Of a DNA stretch of 64,000 nt, positions 1 through 12,135 are shown one piece after another. The notes under the pieces are model-generated. The model did no database searches, was not told the origin of the DNA, and saw only the letters and a list, made by a program, of their open reading frames with translations. The translations under genes and the position numbers were made by a program. The first letter of the stretch is position 1, and the number at the start of each line of letters is the position of its first letter. This DNA is from Fistulifera solaris (Eukaryota): positions 620,001 to 684,000 of the forward strand of contig AP026136.1 in assembly GCA_030295235.1 (NCBI GenBank), given 5' to 3'.

Positions 1-274
1 TTTCTTAGTCTTTGAACTTTGTGTGGGTATGTTTATGCCGGTCGCGGGTACCTTGCGGTCCAAGTACGTCCCTGACGCGCTACAGGGTGGAATTTTGAAC
101 ATCTTCCGATTACCTCTTAATGCAATTGTGGTGTCGGGAACCTACGCTACAGATTATCTGGAAGCGGCATTGGTATATAAGCTTATAAGCGCATGCTTAC
201 TTTTAAGTGCTTTTTGCAGGCGACAATGATGATTCCTACAAAGGATGAGTCCTCAGCAAAAAGAAAACTCAATA
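1..274 (+). CDS. 3' end of an MFS molybdate-anion transporter (MFSD5/MOT2-like), partial
   Basis: FELCVGMFMP-GTLRSKYVPDALQGGILNIFRLPLN matches the MFSD5-family C-terminal motif. The true stop is uncertain (229 or about 274 after a probable indel). Confidence 0.75.
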
Positions 275-448
275 AACTATTGACGAAGTTAAAACGTTCA
301 TAGCATATCGGTTACAAACAATTACAGTTATTATTGACATTGCTCTTCATCTTCTGCTGTTAGCCTGAATTGATTTCATTCGCGAAAGTCTGCAGGATGC
401 CGTTTCTCTTCATCTTGATCTTCTTCTGTTAGCTCGCATGACTGGTCG

Positions 449-3400
449 TCACAAGATTCTGGACGGTGCACTTCCGCTTCCTCTTGATTTTCTTCCACTA
501 TCTCGCTTGACTGTTCGCCACAAGAGTCTGGCTGGTGCACTTCGTCTTCTATAGCAGAACGTGCAAAAAAGCCGACGATGCAGAAATGATGAACGAAACA
601 TGAACAGAAAAGGAGTAAGAACCACCCAAGTCACGACTTGAACCGGCCAAACCAGAACTCGAATAATCGTTCGTAAACTGTCAAGTAGGTACCGCCGCAA
701 GAGAATGGCACACAGGCCACCAACAAGGACTCCGAGCAACTTCAAAAAGTTTAACGAAGTTCTCTCTGGATTAAGACATGAAGACTTCAAAAGAATCCTA
801 GCACCTTGAACCAATCGCTGATCAGAATGCTTTTCGACAATATCCAGTAGCAATGATAGTCCAGGGCAGATTTCAGTCAAGTGAATGGCAATCCTCTCGA
901 CGAGAAAACCCACTGCCAAGCGCACCTTGGTTGATAGCGCTTTCCATTCCCTGTCGATTTTGTTGAAAAGCGGAATGGCGACCTCGTTGTAAGTAGCCCT
1001 TCCACCGTCGAGTAGTTGATCAACATTGTGCTTCATATGTTCATCATAAAGTTGTGACATAAGAATGGTGACCTGACTGAAGGTCTCCCTACCAAAATCG
1101 AGTAACTCTTTAACATTGCGTTTCAAATGTGCGTCATAGAATTGGTAAAGTTGTTCAACTAGGAGGGCCGCCGTGTCTTGCATACGACGTACCAAGTCCA
1201 AAACGAAGGGAATCGCTGATCTCACGAATTCGTCGGCAGTACCAAGAAGTAACTTAATATTCTTTGTAGCTTCCTTAACAGCAAACTCCGTATCTTCTTT
1301 AATATGCGTTACATTCACATAACGTCGTTGCTCATAGACTTCGCGCCAGTATGCAGCGTCCTGTTTTTAGAGAAAAATATAATTGTCAGCCAGAATCAGC
1401 AAAATTTTCATCTCCGCCCTCCTAGAGCACTCACTATTTTCGCTTGCGATAATTCCTGCTGAATCTCAAGTAGTTCCTCGTCTAGCATGTCTGCTTCTTT
1501 GATCAATTCAGCGTTATGACTGCGTAATTCGGTCATAATTTTGTTCATTTGAACTTTATCGGTGAGTAATACTTTCATTTCTTCCGTTGCGGTAGCAAAG
1601 GCTTCCTCGACCTTTTGTCGTTCCTGTGCTGCGTTTCGAAGATCTAGCGTCAAATTTTTGGCAAGGGCAACGCACTCAGATTCCTGTTCATCCAGCCTTC
1701 GCTGACAAGTCTCCTTCATTTCGATCGTCTTGTTGTTTAATTTCTCATCTGAATATTCATGGCAAATTTGAAGTGCTTCCTCAGTTTGTAGTAGGAGAGC
1801 TCTGCTTTTGTCCTCAAGATCCTGAAACTTTCTTTTCCACTCCACGGTTCTTTGCTCAATGGCAGATTGAAGATATTGTTCATTATACACTTGACTTTCA
1901 TGACCAAAAAACGACCAGATTTTCTGAGATATAGAATACTCCCCAACGGCTTTGATCTCGTATCCACCGCTTTTGTTCAGCATTGATGTACATGACTGTG
2001 AGAACTCAGTGAGTTTTTCACGACAACCTTCTCGCTCTGCATTGATTTCCGCATCTTTGTTCTGCTCAATGTCCTTGATTGCATTCTGGCACTTCGTTTC
2101 CATCTCATTATGCTGCGTTACAGCAGCGACTCTTACGCTTTTGAATAATTCTTCTTTCTGTGACAGTTGAACACGCATGTCGATGGCTTCCTTTACTTTC
2201 TGCTGGAGACTGGCATCCAGTATGACCATCTCTTTGCTCATTTTGGCGACAACGCTATTAAGTCGCGCTAATTCAGACTGGGCGAACGTCCTCTCTTCTG
2301 AGCAGACTTGAAACTTTAGCAGCGCCGTGTCTTTAGATTCCTCCAAGCTTTGCAACTTCACTTCATTACTGTTCTCGACCCATGAAAGCTTTTGATTGCA
2401 TGAATCTTCCAAATCTCGAATTCGATCCGCTGTAGCCACCGAGTCTATTCCAATCTGACGAGTAAGATGTTCCACTTGTTTGTCTTTACGAAGTAACTCA
2501 GCTTTGATAGTCTCCAGTTCAGCCGACACCGAATGCTGAACTTCAGCAGCTCTTTCATCCACAATAATTTGAAATTTGGACAAGCCTTGGGCTGCAACAG
2601 ACAAACGATCAAGGTCGCGTCGACAATCAGATAGAAGCTGATCAGCTTTTTCTGCGGCCTTATCGAAGTCCAACTGCGCCGAAGCTTGGCGTGCAACCAT
2701 CTCTTGTTCCAGCGATATCTTCATGCTCTCCACTTCGACTTGGCAGTTTCGTTGGCTAGTCAGGAGCAAACTGCTACACAAATTTTCGGACTCGTTCAGA
2801 AAGTTTCGACAGTTGAGTAACTCGACTGCGCTGGCTTCTATTTTCTCCGTCGCCGATGCTTCAATTGCCGCAATTTTCACCTCAAATTGGCGTGCAGAAT
2901 CTGCAGCTTGGCCCTGGCACTGGTCATGTAATTTAGATAACATATTGGATGTTTCAGCGAATTGAGACAATTCCATTCGACAATGATCCAAACTCTCTCG
3001 AAGCTCTTTATTAACATTATTTGTCGCCTCGAGAGTGCTGGTCGTCTCTCTCAACGTTTCCTGGGTTTTGTCTAGGGCTTCGGCTTTCTGACATCTTGTT
3101 TGACAATCCCTTTTCATCTGAAGTAAACTGCGCTGCACATCTGCAGCAGCTTCGAATGCAGCTTTCTCAACGAGCATTTCTGTCTCGTCAATCTTTTCTC
3201 CTAGAGTGGTTTGTAGAAGTACAAGATCCTCGTTCTTTTCGTGTAAAATCGCCTTGAGATCGTCGACCTCGGAAATCGCTTTCTGTAGCAGCAGCTTGTT
3301 TTCTTTGTCTGATTCAGCATTTTCGAGCATTATTGCTTCCAAGGAGTTGGAGCAGCTCCTCAACTGATTGTCCTGGCCAACGAGCTTAGCTTCCATGAAC

Positions 3401-5289
3401 TTGTTCCGTTCAGTCACGCGATATAATTCTTCATATGCATGTCGGAGATCTTGCTGAGCAGCGTCGATGGCAATCATGGTGGCGTTACTTGCTGCTGCAA
3501 TTTGGCTATGACTTTTGTTTTCGCAATCTAAAACAGCTTTCTCACATATTTCATTTGATTTGAATGCTTGATCAAGCAAACGAGCATCGCATTCTTTCGA
3601 GATGATGCTCAACCGCTGATTCAGCCCCGCGAGATACTCTTCTTTCTGCGCGAGGAGATCTTGTGTTTCGGAAACGCGGCGAGTCAGGTAGTCGATTTGT
3701 CTTTCTGCGCTGCTTTTGAAGTCTTCGTGTGCACGAGCGAAGCTTTCGGTACCCGAAGACAAGAGTAAAATTTCGCTGAGCCGATCATCTAATTGGGCCA
3801 CAAGCCGATCATTCTCTGCTCGAAGCGTTGCGATTTCTGTGCTCATAATTTTAATATCCCGGTTGAGATTGTCGATTTCCTCTTTTTGGCTGAGAGAATA
3901 CTTTTGTCTTTTTGATTCCGAACCGATGATAACTGTTTCCACCACTTGTCCTCAGCTTCCAAAACCCGACTCTTGACTGCCGCCTGGCACTCCATTGTTC
4001 TTGCTTCAAGCATCTTCCGTAGCTTTTTAGTATTCTTCTCAAGTTCCTTATTTCGCTCCATTAGTGCAGCTTGCTTGCTGGACGTTTCCACTTCAAAGGC
4101 CTTTTGAAGTTTGGCTAAACTAGATGCCGCGTCGGCGATCTGACCGACCTCGTTTTCGCGCTGATCAGCGAGATCTTGTAGGCTCTCAATTTGTTTACGC
4201 ATGGCGTCGATGAGCTGATTGGCAAGCACCAGCTCATTTTGTGCGTTCTCCCGTCCGACCCACGCATTTTCCAGAGCTTTACTTTTGATCGCGTCCACAG
4301 TCTTCGACTCTCCGAGGATGTTCTCCAGTTCCTCCCGAAGAAACTTATTGTCAGCCTGAACTTGATGTAGCTCAGTCATGATGGTGGATTGGTACTGCAG
4401 TAGTTTCGAATAATCCCTTCTCCATTTGTTGATCTCGTTCTCAAAACTCCTTTGAAGCTCCATCTTTTCAGCCTCCTTTTCGAGTCGGAGCGCGTCAGCG
4501 AGTCGTTGCACGATTCCAAGCTCATCAATTGTTTCTTGCAGCACAAGCCATACATTTTCCAGGGCCTCGTCTTTCGCACTCTCTGTCATGGAAGCGTTTC
4601 CTCGGAGACTCTCCAGTTCTTCCATCAAAGCGTGATGTTTTGCCTTGAGTTCCGTGACTTCCGACTCTGCATTTTGTCGTCCTATCCAAGTATTTTCTAG
4701 AGCTTTAATCTTCGCTGCGTCGACAACACTGTGGAGACTGTCCAGCTCTTGTTCTAATCGCTGTACTTCCCGCAAATTGCGTTGCATCTCCTGCATTTCC
4801 TCTTTGAGTTTCGCATTTTCTTGTTTAACTTGCTCCAACGACGCCGCTTTCACACTTTGCTCCTTCAACAATCGACTGTATTTAGCACGCCATTCATCCG
4901 CCTCAACTTGGACTTGAGCTTGGATCTCGGCCTGAGTACTTTTTTTCTTTTTGCTGTAGCTGTTGAAGAGCCGTCTCCAGATTGCTATTCGCTTCGTCGA
5001 GCAGTTTTAGAAGTTTGTGCTCTCTTTCTTTCGTTGCTGTTTGAAGTTTACTGAATTGAGATTCACAGTCGTCGACTCCTATTCGTCTTCCCGTGTCGTT
5101 TGCCTGGGCGTGTTGATAAATCGTTTTGTGTTGGTCCATTAACGCGGATTGAACGTCGACGATGACACGTCGGCGGAACGAGTTGAGTTTTTGCAAAACA
5201 TGACTTATGGGCTGATTGGCTTCAACAAAACTCGCAAAGGATAACAGAATCACCAGCAGTATGCTACAATGATATTGTTTACACGACAT
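449..5289 (-). CDS. Very large coiled-coil protein with N-terminal signal peptide and C-terminal transmembrane segment(s)
   Basis: Four consecutive same-strand ORFs (4903-5325, 3843-4871, 1408-3945, 449-1318) join through homopolymer frameshifts and a GTGAGT..CAG intron at about 1362-1434. The N-terminus is hydrophobic (MSCKQYHCSILLVILLSFASFVEA), the body is E/Q/K/L heptad-rich, and there are hydrophobic stretches near the C-terminus. Confidence 0.7.
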
Positions 5290-5881
5290 GACGAAAGGAG
5301 ACAGAGAAAGGCGTTCGTCACACAATCAACAAATGACCCAATCCACTGTCGATCTAGGCTCTTCCTTTAAAATAGATTGATTCTTCAATTAGCATTAACT
5401 GCTAAGCTCTACAGAAGGCTTTCTGAAAATCGTTGTTTTGTGGTTGCCTTTCTTTTTTGAGCTTTTTGTCATGAAGTTGTTGCAAAGCGTTCGCACATTA
5501 TTATTATTTGTGTTTAGCATTTTGCACACCTTTCACTTTCAACCCTCATTCATCGTACGTGCATCGAACGATTAAGGAGCAGGATAATCTCCTAGCTCCC
5601 AGTGCATTAAAACCGGCATGCGCATCAATCCGTAAAATCCATCTAACAACACTACAAAAAAATTAATATCAGCCATAGTCCCAGTAAAGATATGACAATT
5701 GCTATGTCGCTTATCAAGAATAGTTAGAACACGTACCTAGTCTCTAGGGTGCTCGATAATCATTCACGACGCGTTCCGGGACTGACCTCATTTGAGTCAC
5801 CGCATGTCACCCCGATACTTTATCAGAGAGGAGGAGTCCATGCCTGTAAACTGTAAACCTTACAGGTACCGGTACTGTACC

Positions 5882-5972
5882 GGTACGGGAACGGAGTTAA
5901 AATTCTGCCTCTTCGTAGACGGTACGTAGAACCTTGTACTGGGAGGCAGAATTTTAACGTCCTTCCCGTACC
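5882..5972. repeat. Near-perfect 30-bp inverted repeat with a 31-nt spacer (hairpin or MITE-like)
   Basis: GGTACGGGAACGGAGTTAAAATTCTGCCTC (5882-5911) versus GAGGCAGAATTTTAACGTCCTTCCCGTACC (5943-5972). Confidence 0.85.
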
Positions 5973-6010
5973 AGGTGTTGGAGACATCCTGGAGACTGGA
6001 GACGGCTACA

Positions 6011-6049
6011 CCGTTTCAACGACAAACAATGATCCGTTTCAACGACAAA
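6011..6049. repeat. 16-bp direct repeat
   Basis: CCGTTTCAACGACAAA at 6011-6026 and 6034-6049. Confidence 0.85.
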
Positions 6050-6430
6050 ATGAAACAGCGTAACAGCTGTAATTACGGTTCAAAATAATCACTTATCGAT
6101 CATCAATCATCACTAATTGATAGTAACAGTACATGTGGCGAGGGTGGTTGAATTTCATTTTGCAAACGAAAAAGACAATCCGGGACTGACAAATACATTA
6201 CTCCGTATTTGTCGTCGCACCTTAAGTCACTCTACAGTGTTTCAAAGATCAGATTCGTTTACAAAGTACTTGCCTCATTTTTTTTTGTTGTTTGTTGACC
6301 AGCAGAGGCAGAGCACTTTGCCAGCAACAACTACTAAGACTACTACGTACTTTTTTGTACTACATCGAACAACTCGAAACTCAAGCTCAACCATTTCATC
6401 AAGCTTAAATTCGCTTTTCAAGCAACAACG

Positions 6431-7391
6431 ATGTCAGCGTTCGATTTCTCGAACGGCTGGCGCTCGACGCGCTATCATCCAGTCAATACTTTTCTGTCTG
6501 ATAGGGATCCGATGTACGAGGGATCAGACCCTTGCTTGCAAAAAGAAACCTGGTGTGCGTATTGTAACAGTCGACCGGATACGGACTTACAGGGCTGCGC
6601 CCGTTGTACTTGGTAACTCGGCGTGGTACCGCAGTAAGACCTGCAAAACGAAGCATTTCAACTCGAAAGATATACAAACCTTCAAAGAAAAGGTTTGAGC
6701 CTTGCTGTACACGCCGTTTGGCGGGGACCCGTAGCCGCAAAACTTGTTTGAAACGCAAGTGGGAAACTTTCGTCAGGGAGAAGAAGCATGCCCGTACATG
6801 GCCGTCTGCAGGGAGCTAGCGCTGTGCTACTTTATGTCGCCGCTCGTGTTGACATCAAATCTTTTTAGGAAAGGGTCCTTTTCATGCGTCGGCAATGATG
6901 TGGCCGGATGTTACTGATACACTCTTTAGACGATTTGTCGTTCCATTCGTTCTACTTCACCTAAACCGAGAAGATGATGCATTCGCATTGATTCTATTCT
7001 CTCTACGATTAGGCTCCCAAGAAGTAGAAGAGTTGAAGCGCCGATTTGCCCAAAGTCGCGAAGGCGAATGAATCTATCTGCACGCGAAGAACTGTCGTTT
7101 TCTGAATTCTTTTGAAGCTTGTCCAAAAGCATGTTATCGAAGTATTCCACTGAAATTTGCGCTTGTCCCCCTGGTCATCAAAAACTTCGTCTTGTTGTTA
7201 CAACTTACGATTCCATTTCACTGGCAACTAAGGTGGCGTTTGAAAAACCAAGCGGAAAGCGCATCCAGGCTGTTCAAAGTGTAGTAAAGGATATGCTCAT
7301 GGACAATAGCTTGCAGACTCTGGACATCCACACTGGAATACCTGTTTCAACCGTATACCAGGAGCGCTGCGGTTACTCGCTAGGTGCATAG
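6431..7391 (+). pseudogene. Degenerate MYND zinc-finger family gene
   Basis: CAYC..LQGCARC..AWYRSKTCKTKHF is a decayed zf-MYND. Downstream fragments (LFETQVGNF..PYM, VPFVLLHLNREDDAFA) resemble the region that follows MYND in this family. There is an in-frame TAG at 6866-6868 plus several frameshifts. The 3' boundary is approximate. Confidence 0.6.
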
Positions 7392-7694
7392 AATGTAAGA
7401 AGTATTGAGGCCGAATGCATGAGCGTGGGAATGATACATCCTTGTTGAGTTTCGCATCGTGATCGTTGACGTGGATGGAACGAGTGACCTTTACCAACTA
7501 ATTCAATAGTACGTACTTTTCGTCTTTAATCGTCATAATACTCTCAGTTTAAAGCAGAAGATGCTTTCCGCGGCTTCCCTTGAAATTTATTTTTCTATGT
7601 CCCCGCCGCGAAACTGTTACTCGTATCTTGTCAAACAAATAGCAACCAAAGAAGTTGTTTGATCAAACTTATCTATCTTCATACACAATGGTCG

Positions 7695-9503
7695 CTATTT
7701 TCTCTGGCAACACTCACATGATACGACGACATCGAAATCAGCCCATTTCCCTTCACGCTGAATTCGAAGCGTTTCTTTCAATTTCTCAATTTCCTCTACG
7801 CAACAGTGGGACGATTTAGATGTTAGACACTTAATCAAGCCAACAAGCGCCCACGCGTTGTTTGGATGTAATTTAAGATCTTCACGATACACCATTTCAG
7901 ACTCGTCCACTTGCCCCTGCTCCAAAAGCAAACCGCCAAGAGCATGGCGTATCGGTTGCATCTTACCCCAAGGCTCATCGTAGTTCAACTTATCTTGCAT
8001 AGCCACAGCTTTTCGCAAAAGGTCAAAGCCGATCTCATACTGTCCATCTCGGTACGCTATTTCACCGCGCAACATGACGGAGTCTACAGCCAGAAGGTCT
8101 TTAACAGTGTTGTTGTACAATATTCGAATTTCAGCATCGGGATCTCTTCGCAACTCTTCGAAATGGTCAGCTTCTTCTTTTGCTTTCTCAACATAACCCA
8201 ATGCAGCCAAAGCGAGGCCCCGTGCATAGCGAATAGACGCAGTTCTGTAAAGCATCAATTTCGCGTCTTTTGGAAGTGCCACCTGAACAAGATCCTCCCA
8301 TCGACCAAACCGCGTCATAACGTGAATATCGAGGGCGGAATAAGTTTCCAGATAGGAAGTTAGACTAGGAAACCTTTCAAACATTGTTTCGTTCACCATA
8401 GTATTCAGCTCTTTTGCCACTTCCATCCCTTTATCCTCCATTCCCCCAAGAATAGCTCCATATACAGCCATGTGATAGTTATGAACAACGTAGTTAAAAT
8501 AAAAGCTTTCTTTTCCGGCTGTGGAGGGACTGGCTTTCATTGCAAATTGGTCTGCTTTGATCGCCAGACAATTATATTCGATACATGACTCGTAATCTCC
8601 CACCAAGACGTCAATGTGTGTAGGCATGTGCACGAGGTGTCCTGCAAAGGGAAATGCTACTCGAAGATGGCTACATGCCCCAAGGGCCGAAGCTGGATCG
8701 GGTGACATCTCCAAAAGGTGCACATACAAATGGCACAGTCCAACGTGCTGCGGGTGTGTTTTTAGAGCCCGCTCGAGTATTTCACGAATCTCGAGCGTAT
8801 CCGGGCTGGTCGGCTCGCCTGAGGGATACTTGTAGAGATTCCATGCATTCAAGACCATCAAGGAATCAACAAGGAAGTACGCGATCTCAGGGTCCTCTGG
8901 ATACTTCTCGTGCACTTTCCTCATCGCATGTGCGTACGTTCGACCAGCGATTTCATCGCTCAGATCAGGGTTAACACCAGGGACACACGTCAAACCACGA
9001 ATGGCTTCTAGAAATTGAACTTCTATGTCCGAAACCCAGTAGTGCTGCTCAATCCGTTCGCTGTCCCCCTGGTTTTCTTCTTCATCAAGCTGTGACCAGC
9101 CTTCTTGTCTTTCTTTATTTGCCGTACCGCCTTTCAAATTGATTCCTTTCTTCAGCTCTTCAATTTTCTCCATGGCTAAATTGCTATGACGATCTGCAAC
9201 CTGTTGACTTGGAAAGATACACAACAAGTCATGCTTTTCAACGTCTTCCGGATGATTCGTCGATTCGTAGTAAGCTTTGCCTTTGAAATTGTAATTTGGA
9301 GCGTGACACAAGGCAACACAGCCATGTGCTAAAACACAATAAGGACTCAAAGCAAGGCAAGCTAGAAATGACTTGGCAGCCAATTCGTGGTGATAGCTCA
9401 GCATCAACTTTAATCCGAAATCAAAGTACGCGCGAGCGTCGGGGTTCTGATCCAGATTCGAAACATTCTTGCGTTGATAAGTTCCCAAATCGAAAGTCTC
9501 CAT
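7695..9503 (-). CDS. TPR-like repeat protein with His-rich conserved motifs (family also seen in bacteria and fungi)
   Basis: Intact intronless 602-aa ORF with motifs HVGLCHLYVHLLEMS, GHLVHMPTHID, HNYH, L.YDEPW and HP.N.WAL.GL. Confidence 0.85.
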   Translation of the reverse strand: METFDLGTYQRKNVSNLDQNPDARAYFDFGLKLMLSYHHELAAKSFLACLALSPYCVLAHGCVALCHAPNYNFKGKAYYESTNHPEDVEKHDLLCIFPSQQVADRHSNLAMEKIEELKKGINLKGGTANKERQEGWSQLDEEENQGDSERIEQHYWVSDIEVQFLEAIRGLTCVPGVNPDLSDEIAGRTYAHAMRKVHEKYPEDPEIAYFLVDSLMVLNAWNLYKYPSGEPTSPDTLEIREILERALKTHPQHVGLCHLYVHLLEMSPDPASALGACSHLRVAFPFAGHLVHMPTHIDVLVGDYESCIEYNCLAIKADQFAMKASPSTAGKESFYFNYVVHNYHMAVYGAILGGMEDKGMEVAKELNTMVNETMFERFPSLTSYLETYSALDIHVMTRFGRWEDLVQVALPKDAKLMLYRTASIRYARGLALAALGYVEKAKEEADHFEELRRDPDAEIRILYNNTVKDLLAVDSVMLRGEIAYRDGQYEIGFDLLRKAVAMQDKLNYDEPWGKMQPIRHALGGLLLEQGQVDESEMVYREDLKLHPNNAWALVGLIKCLTSKSSHCCVEEIEKLKETLRIQREGKWADFDVVVSCECCQRK

Positions 9504-10068
9504 TACGTCTCGCTCAATAGGCGAGAAAGTATCACAATCATCCAGGTATTCTCGTTGTGAAGCTTCAACACCCTATCTAAATAGCATAGAGATTTAGAAA
9601 TGAATGGGAATTCGGTAGAATAATGCGTATCAAAGAGGAGGCTGGTGTCGTACCTGATAATGCCAAACAGGCAACTTGTGGACCTCATTACCATCTACCA
9701 GCTTTGCAGCTTCTTCTTTTCAACCATGATGAGTCTTTGCGTCTTGTTTTTGGGTTGCTTCAGAGACCACACGCGTCGTTTACTTATTTGGCTCTGTCGT
9801 TCTCATTTTATGCAACTGGTCACTTCAAAGATCGTTTTTGCGAGGAACAATCGCGGACGCGCACGTGTTGAATTATACATACGAAGACGCGCCTGTACTA
9901 CTGGATAGAAAGTGCGAGAGCCCGGAAAGACACAGACATGTGAATCAAAAGATCGTTCCCGGTTAGATTGCTGGTTCGCTATGATTATTTAGGGAGACGC
10001 AAAAATAAAATAGACTGATAATAAGTACAAAACCCAGTAAAGTCTACTAGTACCTCTTTCCCGTTTCC

Positions 10069-11738
10069 TCACGAGCATTTAGAAAGCGAGCTTTGCAAAT
10101 CTTCACTCATATTTTTCAGGGATTCTTGTGCTGCAGATAGTTCACCAAAAAGTGAGGTCATTTCACGTTTACACAGCGCTTCTTGCTCCAATAACTGTTC
10201 TTGATAACTAAGTACCTCAAGATCCATTTTCTTTTGAGCCTCCGTTCGGAAAGCATCCAGAGCGCGCTTGGTTGTTTGTTCGGCTTCAGCAAGCAGATCG
10301 TTAGTTCTTGCCTCGAGGCTTTCAAATTTCTGCTTCCATTCACTCGCGATGAGTTTCGTCTTCTCTTGTAAAACCTGGTCAAAGTGCTGTTCCGAGTACA
10401 GCTCGGCAGCCTTGTCCATCACATTCAGAACCTCATCGTATTTGCCTTCAAGGCTATTTAGTTCATTTTTGAGTCTCCCGTTTTCTGCCGTGTATAATGT
10501 GACTATACTCTCCAACTCGGAAACGATTCCTTGCTGTTCGTTGATCCTCAGTTGGCATTCCTCTTCGATCTTCCTTTTAATAGCATTGGATTCGTTCTGG
10601 AATTGCTCGTGAAGAATAGCATTCTTTTCTGTATTTTCAAGTACCGTTGCAAGTTTCACTTGAAGCTCTTCCTTTTCTGTTTGAAGCCCTGCATACTGTT
10701 CAAGGAGTGACGCGTGTTCTTCGGCTAATTTGATCTCTCTTCCAGAGGCTTGCTTACTCTCTTGGGCCTGAACTAATGCATTTTGTTCAAGCTTTTCCAG
10801 CAATAGAGTATTCTCTTTCAGCAGCTGGTCCCTTTCCGACTCCAAAAGACTTTTCCATTGGGAATCTAGCTCCTTCACCTGTCTTTCGGTCTCCTTTTCT
10901 GAACCCAGTGCATCGGCCTGTAGCCTTCGTAGCAAATTATCTTTTGACGAAGAACCTGAACATTTTCATGTCGGTACGACTCGATTCCAGACAAGCGCTT
11001 CTCGACAGTATGTAACGTCGACTGGAGAAGACCAGAAAAGTCAATAATTTGCGCTAACAAGGCATGATCCTCTCCTAGTGCGGCGCGACAATCGTCCAGC
11101 AGTTTATTTATCTCATCTTTCTTTCCAAGCAATTCAAGTCCATCCTTCGTCTCTAAACTAGCCCCGAATAAATTGATTCGCTCGGTTTCGATAAATGTGA
11201 CATGAAGCTCTTGCGACAACTCGTCGGCACCCACCGGGGATGGTAACGCACTGGCTTCCTGCAATTCCTCGATTTCCAAATCCGAAATCTTGACTTGTCG
11301 TTGCAAATCTTCGATGGTACGAATCAAATCTTCCATTTCCTTCTTATATCGGTTCTCAACTAACAACATGTGTTCACTGCACATATCATGTAGGCCTACC
11401 GTAGTTTCTCCCGACGCATTCGCTCTGCTTTCCATTAAAGCTTGTAATTTCTCAATTTCTAGTGTAGATTCTTGAAGTTGTGTCTCCAACTGCTTGGTAT
11501 CAGAGATAGACCGTAGCTTGTCATCGAGATCCGATTGAATCCGTTCTAATCGCCGCGGTATAGCAGCAGCGGCTAGAATCCATTGCTCGCGCTGTTCGGC
11601 CAATGATTGAACAATTTCGTCTACTTCCGTTAATAATGCAACGCTATTTGCTGCGCTGACCAAAGGCATAGCAGCCAGCGAGAAAAAGAAAATATAACGC
11701 TGCGAGAACGGTGTGCCTGGTCGGCCCAGATGTTTCCA
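10069..11738 (-). CDS. Secreted coiled-coil protein, partial paralog of the 449-5289 gene
   Basis: ORFs 10875-11669 and 10069-10935 join by a frameshift. An upstream ATG at about 11738 gives a signal-like METSGPTRHTVLAALYFLF. It shares a Y.EQ.....EWK.KF..LE motif with the 449-5289 protein. Confidence 0.65.
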
Positions 11739-12135
11739 TCGAATGTGCTTTTCTCATTAGGATTTTTTCTTTCGTAGGTGCTCAAGATATGTAATATCAG
11801 CTTATTGTTTGATCTAGACACTGCAGTATCTAAAGCTTTGTGTCTTCCGGCTCGAATGGGACGTCGATTACAAGTACCGGTACCGGTACTGTATGATCTT
11901 CATGTTTATCTCGTCTTGACATCCCGCTTTCGTTTTTCGTTGCCGCTTTCTCTGAGTCCCGGACAGTCACGGTGCCCTGCACGTGACGTGGCTACGGCGA
12001 GGCCGCCCAAAATTCTAGAAACCAGTTTCTAGATACTCTATCCAATGAACAGTTTTCATAGAAGGTAGTGATCGTTACAGCGCCATAGGTAAACGACGTT
12101 AATATTAGGATTATAATCTTGCTTGAATCCTGGTT

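Noticed and set aside
6011..6056. CRISPR-like repeat-spacer
   Set aside because: Only two 16-bp copies with a 7-nt gap, in a eukaryotic context with no cas genes.
6117..6698. 193-aa ORF
   Set aside because: TTG start and promoter-like composition. Only its last part overlaps the MYND pseudogene frame.
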